Source: Acidobacteriota bacterium (GTDB lineage: Bacteria; Acidobacteriota; UBA6911; RPQK01; JAJDTT01). From it: a stretch of 64,000 bases of DNA. Within the stretch, counting starts at the first letter, position 1. Each line of letters opens with the position of its first letter. The stretch covers positions 4,441,859 through 4,505,858 of the forward strand of contig OZ246889.1 in the NCBI GenBank assembly GCA_965231825.1, in the 5' to 3' direction. The notes beneath the pieces were generated by a model. That model did no database searches. It was not told where the DNA came from and worked only from the letters and a program-made list of their open reading frames with translations. Below are positions 45,238 through 53,449 of the stretch, piece after piece. The translations under genes were made by a program, and so were the position numbers.

Positions 45238-48200
45238 TCAACGCACCGTAACTGATGGACTGTTCGAGAGCTGCTTGGCCCCTGCCGTGCATATCGCACC
45301 CTCCGCGCCGCAGGACCGCCCCCCCGGTAGCACGATGGTGATGTTCTCGGGGGAAGATGGCTCTATGGCAATCTCCCAACGCACGTTGCTCGGGGGGTTG
45401 AGCCGCCGCGCCTTCGCCACGCTTCCATTCGTCACCGTGAAGGCGCTGTCCCGCAGTGTCACGTAGCTCAACGCCACCTCCTCGCTGAACCGCAACTCGA
45501 ACGTGAATGCAGTCTCGCCGTCATGCTCGGCCGGGACCCCATGGAACCCGGCCGTCAACGGAGTGTCCGACTCCTCGGTAGCCTCAACCGTGGCCCGCAC
45601 CGAGCCCGTCAGCGAACGCCCGTCCGAGGTGCATACCGCGCCGGTGGAATCACAGGATCGTTCCCCTGGAAGAACGATGGTGATGTCATTGAGGGAAGAC
45701 GGGGCTATGGCGATCTCCCAACGCACGTTGCTCGGGGGGTTGAGCCGCCGCGCCTTCGCCACGCTTCCATTCGTCACCGTGAAGGCGCTGTCCCGCAGCG
45801 TCACGTAGCTCAACACCACCTCCTCGCTGAACCGTAGTTCGAAGGTGAACGAAGTCGCCCCTTCGTGCGACGCGGGCATGCCGTGGAAGCTCGCGGTTAG
45901 CTCGGGCTCTTCGGCCGCAACGACGGTCACGGTAACCGTGTCCTCACCGGCCAATTTGCCCGCATCGGTCACCGTAAGCCTGAACTTCAGTACGGCGTCC
46001 TCCGTCAATCCGTTCGGCGCCGTGAACGTTGTCTCGGCATCTGACGGCGCCGAGAGCTCCACCGTGACGCCGGAGACTTGCGTCCACGCGAACTGCAGTG
46101 TGTCGCCCACGTCCGGATCCTCACCAGCACCGCGCAACGTAACCGTCGCGCTCTCCGCTACACCCGACTGGTCCGACCCCGCCTTGGCCGTCGGCGCCTC
46201 ATTACGATTCGAGAGCGAGACGCGCACGTCCGCCGTGTCCTCCTCCGTGCCGTCGCTCACTCGCACCGCCAGCTCGTAGGTGCCGTCCCCGTTCGCGTCG
46301 TCCGGCGCCTCGTAGTCTTTCTCCGCTACGAACGCCAGCGAACCATCCTCGCTCAATGTGAAGTGGCCGCTGTCCGCGCCGCCCGCCATCGACCACACGA
46401 GGTTCGCCCCCGCCCCGCCGTTGTCCGTGGCCGTCAGCCACCAGATCTCCGTATCGCCCTCGAGTATCGTGAACGATGTCGGACCGCTCACCTCCAGAGG
46501 GCCACCGGAGACGGTGGCGTGCACCGCGTTCGATTCCGGGCTTGGATAGCTGCCAAAGAGCGCTTGGAGGATCCACTCATAGTCGCCCGGGACTAGGTCG
46601 CCGTCCGTCCAGGTCGTGTCCGTGTTGCCGGTATCCTCGTAGCTGGTCGGCGTTTCTCCGGCCACCCCGCGGAGAATTCGATAGCCGCTCAGCCCACTGA
46701 CGTCCTCGGGGGCATCCCAGTCCAGAACAGCGTCGCCGTCGACCAGTTCGACCGTCAGGTTGCCCGGCTTGGTGTTCCTCAATACGTCACACACTCGCGG
46801 CGCCATGACTTCGAGGTGACCCTCGAAGAAAGCTGCGCTCGTCGCTCCGCCGAAACTATCCAGCCGTTCGTTCTGACGCGTGCGGTCCGCAAGGGCCGCT
46901 GGATTCCCATTGCCGAAATGGAGGCGCAGCTTCATGATCAACTCGTCTTCCGCCGTCGCCTCTCCCTGGGCGTAGTACAACCACGAAGAGAGCGTCGTTG
47001 AAGTCCACCCCTCAGAAAGCGTATCGCTGTTGGAAACCTCTCGGTACAGCTTCCGGACAATCGCTTCCTGTTCCCACAGCTCCACGACCAGCAGGAATGT
47101 CAACGCCCCGCCCAATTTCCCAAAAACGCCATAGAAATGGTCCGGCCCCAGGAAGGAACCTGTCCCACTGCGGAGGTGAATGATCCGCCCGGTGTCGGCC
47201 CGCACGGCGAGATGGTGGTCTCCGATATTGAACGGTGCGAGCGCGGCCTTTCGTATATTCGACGATTCCGATCCGCATACGGTATTCTCGGCAAACTGCC
47301 GGAAGTCCTCGCGGCCCTTCAGCCTGCGCAATAGCACTTCCGCATGCCGCCACGCCATGACGTTTCCAGCCTCTTCGACCGTTGCGAAACACTGGGCGCA
47401 ATCGGCCCTGAAGTATCTTCTCCCTTCGAGGACACGCGACGCGGAGAAATCGAGTGGCTCAATCCGCGGATTCGTTGACTCGAACGCCTGCCGTGTCTCT
47501 CCCCCGAAATTCCGGTCGAAGTCGGTTCCCCTCCAATGCGTGTAGGTGCCCCAGAGCGGCTTGTTCAGCGGACCGTGACATGACCGGCACGAAGCGGGCT
47601 CCGTGACCGTGGGAGTTCCGCCGGAGAAATCGATGATGCCGGCGGACCATTCGGTATCATTCCGCCGAAGGAACTCGACCCCGTCCCGGAACATTGCCGG
47701 GGCGGCGGGATCGGTGTTCCAGGAGAAGACAAACCGCCCGTCCCCGCCGAAGGACACCATCCGCGGATAGTCGCCGGATACATGGTCGCGTGCCGGCGAT
47801 TCCGAGGCGAAGACCATCGCAAAGCGCTCCTTGTACAGCGCCGGCAGTGCCGCGATGAACTCCTCGACCGTGTTCACGCCGCCCACAAAACCGTCCAGGG
47901 ATCCGGCATCGATTCCCCAATTGGGAAGTACGACGGTCTCTGTTTGGGCGGCGAACGGCCAAGGATCAGCGAGCATACCCGTTGGGTGAACGAGAAGCGG
48001 GTTGCCGTCCAGCGTCAGTTCCTCGAGCATCAAGAGCCTGTCGAACAGGTTCGCCGGCAGAGTCCAAAGGAGGTTCCCGTCGAGGTGTAGTCTCCTCAGC
48101 AGCAGCAACTCGTCGAACGCGTGCTGCGGCAGTTCCACAAGGATGTTGTCGGACAGGTCGAGCGTGTGCAGGCGAACCAGACCATCGAAATCCCCAACGC

Positions 48201-48411
48201 TGACACTTGCGATGCCTTGACCGCGCAGGTCGAGAGACGTTATTTCCCGCAGGTGGCTTACCGTGACGTCGGCGCAGGTGGCGGCGCCGGATGCGGTCAC
48301 GATGGCGGCGCTCACCTGGAACGTGCGGTCGCAGACGCTGTGACCTATGCCCGGGAGCTGCGCCGAAACGGACCGGCTGCCACTCATCACGAGCGCAGTT
48401 GCAATGCTCAT
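45238..48411 (-). CDS. giant secreted LRR / FN3 / cadherin-like / PKD-like repeat protein with duplicated C-terminal modules
   Basis: Signal peptide MSIATALVMSGSRSVSAQ. LRR units (LDLSDNILVELPQHAFDELLLLRRLHLDGNLLWTLP). FN3-like (LDWDAPEDVSGLSGYRI). Cadherin-like (DYEAPDDANGDGTYELAVRVSDG). PKD-like (LQFAWTQVSGVTVELS). Two ~117-aa C-terminal repeats. Confidence 0.6.
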   Translation of the reverse strand: MSIATALVMSGSRSVSAQLPGIGHSVCDRTFQVSAAIVTASGAATCADVTVSHLREITSLDLRGQGIASVSVGDFDGLVRLHTLDLSDNILVELPQHAFDELLLLRRLHLDGNLLWTLPANLFDRLLMLEELTLDGNPLLVHPTGMLADPWPFAAQTETVVLPNWGIDAGSLDGFVGGVNTVEEFIAALPALYKERFAMVFASESPARDHVSGDYPRMVSFGGDGRFVFSWNTDPAAPAMFRDGVEFLRRNDTEWSAGIIDFSGGTPTVTEPASCRSCHGPLNKPLWGTYTHWRGTDFDRNFGGETRQAFESTNPRIEPLDFSASRVLEGRRYFRADCAQCFATVEEAGNVMAWRHAEVLLRRLKGREDFRQFAENTVCGSESSNIRKAALAPFNIGDHHLAVRADTGRIIHLRSGTGSFLGPDHFYGVFGKLGGALTFLLVVELWEQEAIVRKLYREVSNSDTLSEGWTSTTLSSWLYYAQGEATAEDELIMKLRLHFGNGNPAALADRTRQNERLDSFGGATSAAFFEGHLEVMAPRVCDVLRNTKPGNLTVELVDGDAVLDWDAPEDVSGLSGYRILRGVAGETPTSYEDTGNTDTTWTDGDLVPGDYEWILQALFGSYPSPESNAVHATVSGGPLEVSGPTSFTILEGDTEIWWLTATDNGGAGANLVWSMAGGADSGHFTLSEDGSLAFVAEKDYEAPDDANGDGTYELAVRVSDGTEEDTADVRVSLSNRNEAPTAKAGSDQSGVAESATVTLRGAGEDPDVGDTLQFAWTQVSGVTVELSAPSDAETTFTAPNGLTEDAVLKFRLTVTDAGKLAGEDTVTVTVVAAEEPELTASFHGMPASHEGATSFTFELRFSEEVVLSYVTLRDSAFTVTNGSVAKARRLNPPSNVRWEIAIAPSSLNDITIVLPGERSCDSTGAVCTSDGRSLTGSVRATVEATEESDTPLTAGFHGVPAEHDGETAFTFELRFSEEVALSYVTLRDSAFTVTNGSVAKARRLNPPSNVRWEIAIEPSSPENITIVLPGGRSCGAEGAICTAGAKQLSNSPSVTVR
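45377..45815. repeat. intragenic tandem duplication (~350-bp unit x2, ~100-bp core identical) encoding the repeated C-terminal module
   Basis: ctcggggggttgagccgccgcgccttcgccacgcttccattcgtcaccgtgaaggcgctgtcccgcag occurs at 45388-45455 and again at 45738-45805. Confidence 0.7.
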
Positions 48412-48519
48412 CCGAATGACCCACCGGACGGCCGCGCGTGGACTCCCGGTCCACGATAGTTCTCCTCCTAACATGGCGTGGCTACTCGGTTGAACTGACG
48501 ACGGCCACAACCGTCGCCG

Positions 48520-49100
48520 TGATCCTGTCTCACCGACGAAGCGTTCAAGCTCGTCTTGGGCCGAGCGACGATGATTGGCTCGCCAACCCTCATGGGGATT
48601 GATCGCTGGAAAAGGACGGTGGCCCGCCCATCATGCAAATGGGAACCGTATCGGCTGCGTTCCACAAGCGTGCCGTGGTGAGCTTCAGTCTGGACTGTTC
48701 TCTGGCATATGAATAGGTCATGCGTAGCGCCTGTCAGGTCATCTCACGCTTGGGAGGCTTGCTTCTGAGGGTCTGAAGAGTACGATAAGGAAGAAGCGAT
48801 TGTCAAATTGAATTGGCTCTATGCCAAATTTAATTATGTAGTTTTCACCCGGCGGCTTCATCGATTGGCTCGCCATCACGAGATCGTCTTGCGCGATCAC
48901 CAGCGCCAGGTCAAGCATCGGTTTCTGGAGATCAAGAACCGTCGAGGAAACCTCGCTTGCGAGCGTATCGGGACCTGTTGAAGGTCGCTCGCAAGACGGC
49001 TCATTACGCCGCGGTGGCCCGACGGCAAGCGAACCGGTTCACGGACCTTCCCAGTCAGCTCATCGCTGGAACGTTTCGCCACCACGCGGAGAACGTGGAT
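48520..49100. other. low-GC non-coding region with degraded ORF fragments (possible mobile-element or pseudogene remnant)
   Basis: No ORF above 65 aa. GC drops to ~45-50%. 12-bp direct repeat gattggctcgcc at 48574 and 48859. Stop-interrupted frames only. Confidence 0.25.
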
Positions 49101-49102
49101 GG

Positions 49103-49921
49103 TTAGCCCATTCGTTTCGGCGGACTTTCACCGCCTTTCTTGTGCCAGTTAGCCTGGCGCACAACCGCCGCTCCTCGGGCCAACAAGTCGTTCAGGTCGG
49201 CGGCAGTCATCTCCCCCTTTTTCACAATCTTCCTGAGCCGGCCCCGCTCCAGGACGGCAATTCGGTCGGCGACGGGGACCACATGATTCATGTTGTGGTC
49301 GATGTAGAGGATGCCCAGTCCTCGTTTCCTGGCCTGGTCGATGGTTTCATGAACGCGACGCACCTCCCGTACCGAGAGGGAAGCTACGGGCTCGTCCAGG
49401 ATCAGCAGCCGCGACTCGAAGTGGACCGCCCTGGCGATGGCCAGGGTCTGGCGCTCACCTCCCGAGAGCGAGGATGCCAACTGGTCCGGCGAGTGGATAC
49501 TCACCAGCCCGAAATCAAGGAGCCGCTCCAGGCAGATCCGTCTCATGGCGCTCCGATCCAGGACCCTTGCGCCGAGAGATTTCCTTTTCATTTCCTGACC
49601 CAGGAAGAAGTTCCGCCAAAGGCTCAGTTGGCCGATGATGGCCAGATCCTGATACACGGTTTCGATTCCGTGCCGGCGTGCGTCCCGGGGGGAGTCGAAG
49701 TGGACTTTCTGGCCTCGCACCTCCAGCCTGCCTGACGTCGGACTCAGATAGCCGCTGACGATCTTGACCAGCGTAGACTTGCCGGCACCGTTGTCACCGA
49801 CCAGGGCCACCACTTCCCCGGCGCCCAGGGAGAGATTGACGTTTCCCAGGACCTCCACTTCCCCGTAGGCCTTGGAGACCTCCATCAACTCCACGAGCGG
49901 TTGCCGCGAATCAACGGACAT
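49103..49921 (-). CDS. ABC transporter ATP-binding protein (sugar/ribose type)
   Basis: GDNGAGKSTL Walker A. LSGGERQTLAIARA signature. ILDEP Walker B. Start set at MSVDSRQP; the track extension upstream is out-of-frame overlap with the permease. Confidence 0.85.
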   Translation of the reverse strand: MSVDSRQPLVELMEVSKAYGEVEVLGNVNLSLGAGEVVALVGDNGAGKSTLVKIVSGYLSPTSGRLEVRGQKVHFDSPRDARRHGIETVYQDLAIIGQLSLWRNFFLGQEMKRKSLGARVLDRSAMRRICLERLLDFGLVSIHSPDQLASSLSGGERQTLAIARAVHFESRLLILDEPVASLSVREVRRVHETIDQARKRGLGILYIDHNMNHVVPVADRIAVLERGRLRKIVKKGEMTAADLNDLLARGAAVVRQANWHKKGGESPPKRMG

Positions 49922-49923
49922 GT

Positions 49924-50919
49924 TCACAAACCGTTCCCACTTCCCCGGCGCACCGACTCGGCCCGGGCATTGATCACTGCCACCACCAGGAGAAGCACCC
50001 CGATCAGCCCCGTGTAATATTCCCCCCGGGTCCCCACCAGGATCAGGCCGGTCTTGAGAGCCCCCAGGATCAAGGTTCCCAGCAGCGTCCCCAGGATGGT
50101 GCCGCGAACCCCGAAAAGAGAGGTGCCCCCCATGACCACGGCTACGATGGCCAGCAAATTGTAATTTTCTCCCGAACTCACGCCGGACGAACCGAAATCC
50201 GCGAACTGGAGGCAGCCGGCTAGCCCGGCCAGCCCGGCGCACAGAGCAAAGTTGGTCAGCTTGACTCTGGCGACGGGCACGCCCATGGCCCGGGCTACGT
50301 TTCCTCCCGCGTGCCCGGCGGCCCGGGTCCAATTTCCGTAACCGGTCCGCTCCAGCACGAACCAGAGCATGGCCGCCGCAGCCAACATCCAGAGAAAGGG
50401 GGCGCCCACAGGCGTGGCCGGCACGTCCTCCCCCAGGAGACGAATCAACGGACTCTCCCGGCCATAGAGCTGGACCGGATAGCCGCCGGCCAGGACCCGA
50501 TTCAAGCTGGTGACGGCGAACAGCATTCCCAGAGTCACGATCAGAGAAGGGATTCGGGCCAGCGTGGTCAACAGACCGTTGATCAATCCGACCAACAGTA
50601 CAGCCGTGAGGGCCAAACCCAGCGCGACCGTCGCCGGCCAGTCCAGGTCGGTCATCAGCCGGCCCATGAGGATGGGCGCCAAGGCGAAGGTCTGGGAGAC
50701 GGAGAGATCGAACTCCCCGCTGATCATAAGCAGGGTCACGCCCAGGGCCACCATGCCCAGCGAGGCCGAGAGAGCGGCCAGAGCGCTCAACTGAGGGAAG
50801 GTCAGGAAGTTCCCTCCCGAGAAGCCCTGGAACAGGAGTCCCAAAGCCAATAGCCCCACCAAGGGACCCGACTCGGGTCGCCGGAGTGCCCGGGCCAAGA
50901 GTCTGCTTGCTCCCTGCAA
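49924..50919 (-). CDS. ABC transporter permease (BPD_transp_2, ribose/branched-sugar type)
   Basis: 8-10 hydrophobic segments. Conserved GGTSLFGVRGTILGTLLG motif region. Stop abuts the ATPase start. Confidence 0.8.
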   Translation of the reverse strand: MQGASRLLARALRRPESGPLVGLLALGLLFQGFSGGNFLTFPQLSALAALSASLGMVALGVTLLMISGEFDLSVSQTFALAPILMGRLMTDLDWPATVALGLALTAVLLVGLINGLLTTLARIPSLIVTLGMLFAVTSLNRVLAGGYPVQLYGRESPLIRLLGEDVPATPVGAPFLWMLAAAAMLWFVLERTGYGNWTRAAGHAGGNVARAMGVPVARVKLTNFALCAGLAGLAGCLQFADFGSSGVSSGENYNLLAIVAVVMGGTSLFGVRGTILGTLLGTLILGALKTGLILVGTRGEYYTGLIGVLLLVVAVINARAESVRRGSGNGL

Positions 50920-51008
50920 TCCCCAATTCCCTAAACTGGATTCTTAGAACTGAATTCTTAGTGGATTATCTTTAAATATCTTTACAGAAGGTTTATTTCT
51001 TGCTCTTA

Positions 51009-52030
51009 CTAGCCCAGGACCCCCCGCTTGAACAGGTCCTCCACCTGGTCGATGTTGGATCGGTCCACGAGCAGCCGGCCCGGGTCGACGAACGGCGTTT
51101 CAAGGATTCCGCGCCTGAGCTTGAGGTAGAGGGCGACCACGGCATAGTAGGCTTGAAGGTATGGCTGCTGGCTCAGTGTCAGGGTCAGCGTGCCCTCCTT
51201 GACGCTGCGGATGGTGATCGAATCCAGGTTCCAGCTCAGGACCGGGATGTCCAGTCCCACGTCCGCCTTGGCCCGCGCCGCCGCCGATCCCGTCAGTGAA
51301 TCCCAGCAGACGATGCCGCGGGTCTCCGGGTGCGCCGTCAGGTAGACCTTCATCAACTGGAAGTTCTGGGCCGGGTCCAACCCCACCGGAAACAGCTCGA
51401 TCCGCTCTTGGGACCAACCGGCTTCCTCGAACACCTTGAGATAGGCATTCTGGATGACCAGATGCTCCGGAGAGTCCGGGAGACCGTTGAACAGAACCAC
51501 CGGATCGCCGGGCTTCAGATGTTCGAGAAACGCTTCCCCGCTTCGGCGGGCAGCTTCCATCTTGTCCAGACCAACCGCAGTCTCGGCCAGCCGCACAATC
51601 CTGGGATCTGCCGAATCGAACCCTTCGAAGTTGTTGAAGAACTGGATGGCGATTCCCCGATCCAGAGCCAGCCGGGTGACCTCCTCGAACTCCCGTCCCC
51701 GGTAATCGATGGCGATGCCGTCCGGCGACCCGGCGATCACTCCCTGGATCAGCGCGCTGATGTTGGCCAGACTGAACTCTTCCGGCGCGGCATAGGTCAC
51801 GGAGATACCGGTCAGATCCCGGCCGGCTGCTCGGGCGCCCCGGGCGATCAGGTCCCAGAAGGGGTTGTTCAGCACCGCTCCGACGAGGGAGATTCGGATC
51901 TCTTCCCGCTGGCCGTCAGGCTCGGCGCCGGTGCAGGCGGAAAAGAGTGCGCCTGCCGAGGCGGACCCGCCCAACAGCAGGTCTCGGCGCCTGAACCGGT
52001 TTCTGGATCGATTTGGGGCAACCCGAGCGG
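51009..52030 (-). CDS. periplasmic sugar-binding lipoprotein (Peripla_BP_4-like) of the ABC transporter, start uncertain
   Basis: RFRRRDLLLGGSASAGALFSAC Tat/lipobox. PBP type-I fold motifs. No in-frame ATG/GTG between the DUF1501 stop and the signal peptide. Confidence 0.7.
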
Positions 52031-52048
52031 GCGGGATGCGGGGCCGAC

Positions 52049-53419
52049 TCAGACCAACTCCTTGAGCGGGACTCCGGTCATGTCGTCGATGGAGTTGGCG
52101 ATCTTGATGGGGCGACCCGTGGGGCTCATCAATTCCTTGTTCCAGTCGATCCCGAGGGCCTTGTAGATGGTGGCGTGCAGGTCTCCCATGGTGACCATGC
52201 GCTCGGCCACGTACCCGCCGCGTTCGTCGCTGACGCCGACCACCTGCCCCCCGCGGATGCCTCCGCCTCCCAGGGCCAGGGACCAGCACTCGGGCCAGTG
52301 GTCGCGTCCGTTGTTGGGGTTCACGTGGGGGGTGCGGCCGAACTCGCCCATCACCAGGACCACGGTCGTCTCCAGGAGTCCTCTCTGGTGCAGGTCCTCC
52401 AGCAAGGTTGAAAGCGCCCGGTCCAACGGAGGCACCAACTCATCCCGGTGTTTGGCGTCGTTGTCGCCGTGCGTGTCCCAGACGTTGTGGCTATAGCCGT
52501 TGGCGGTGACAAAGCGGCTGCCGGCTTCCACCAGACGCCGGGCCAGCAGGACACTCTGCCCGAACTTGTGCTTGCCGTAGGCCTCCTTCATTTTCTCCGG
52601 CTCTTGAGAAAGATCGAAGGCGTCCCGAACCGAGGGAGACAGAATCATCTGGAGGGCCTTCTCGCGGAAGCCGTCCATGTTGGAGAATTCGGCCAACTCC
52701 ACCTTTTGGCGGTAGTGACGGTCCACGATCTTGAGAAAGGAACTGCGGTTCTCCAGACTCTCCACCGGAAAGGACTGGGGCAGGACCAGGTCGGTGACGT
52801 CGATCCCCTTCTCTCCCCGGTCCGCAAGAATCATGGGGTCGTAGTTAGCGCCCAGGAAAGCGGACCGGAACAGATCGTTGTAGCGCTTGGCATCGGCCGA
52901 ATCCCAGCCGGGACAGAGGACGTGGGGCGGCACCTCGCCCCGGGGGCCCAGTTCCTTGGTGATGATGGAAGGAAAGCTGGGAAACTTGTCGGCGGCATTG
53001 GGGCGGTGCCCGGTGAGAACGTAGTGGTGTCCCTGAGGATGATTGTTCTCCTCGGTGTGCATGGACCGAATGATGGAGAGCTTGTCCATGTGCCGGGCGG
53101 TCAAGGGCAGGATCTCCGAGATCCGGATGCCGTCGACGTTGGTGGCGATGGGTTTGAAGGCGCTATTGGATTTAGGATCCCAGGTGTCCATCTGACTGGG
53201 ACCACCCCCCAACCAGAGCAGGATGCAGGCCTCTGCCTTCTTGACACGATCTGCCGGTGCGGCCGGGCCCGCCATCAGGCTTTCCCACTGCAGAACCTGG
53301 CTCAGGCTGAGGCCGAGTGCTCCCACCGAGCCGACCCGCAGGAAATCCCGCCTGCCCAGTTCTTCTTCGGTACAGGTCAGACAACCGACTTTCTTCATCT
53401 GACTCCAAAACCTCCACAA
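52049..53419 (-). CDS. DUF1501 domain protein with Tat signal
   Basis: LGRRDFLRVGSVGALGLS. DUF1501 blocks (LLWLGGGPSQMDTWDPK, MGEFGRTP, GRDHWPECWSLALGGGGIRGG). Last gene of cassette 2. Confidence 0.85.
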   Translation of the reverse strand: MWRFWSQMKKVGCLTCTEEELGRRDFLRVGSVGALGLSLSQVLQWESLMAGPAAPADRVKKAEACILLWLGGGPSQMDTWDPKSNSAFKPIATNVDGIRISEILPLTARHMDKLSIIRSMHTEENNHPQGHHYVLTGHRPNAADKFPSFPSIITKELGPRGEVPPHVLCPGWDSADAKRYNDLFRSAFLGANYDPMILADRGEKGIDVTDLVLPQSFPVESLENRSSFLKIVDRHYRQKVELAEFSNMDGFREKALQMILSPSVRDAFDLSQEPEKMKEAYGKHKFGQSVLLARRLVEAGSRFVTANGYSHNVWDTHGDNDAKHRDELVPPLDRALSTLLEDLHQRGLLETTVVLVMGEFGRTPHVNPNNGRDHWPECWSLALGGGGIRGGQVVGVSDERGGYVAERMVTMGDLHATIYKALGIDWNKELMSPTGRPIKIANSIDDMTGVPLKELV

Positions 53420-53449
53420 TCCCGAGCCCAGGTTGGGCCCGAGGTTCCG

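Noticed and set aside
47700-47800. Cys motifs CRSCHG and DCAQCF in the giant LRR protein as a degenerate PSCyt/DUF1549 heme-like module
   Set aside because: It is retained only as a speculative note. The second motif lacks the His, and two short Cys patterns in a 1000-aa Cys-containing protein can arise by chance.
49103-50926. A single 607-aa ORF spanning the ABC ATPase and permease
   Set aside because: The upstream 330 codons are an out-of-frame overlap of the permease gene, whose real product is the 331-aa membrane protein at 49924-50919. The ATPase begins at MSVDSRQP at 49921.
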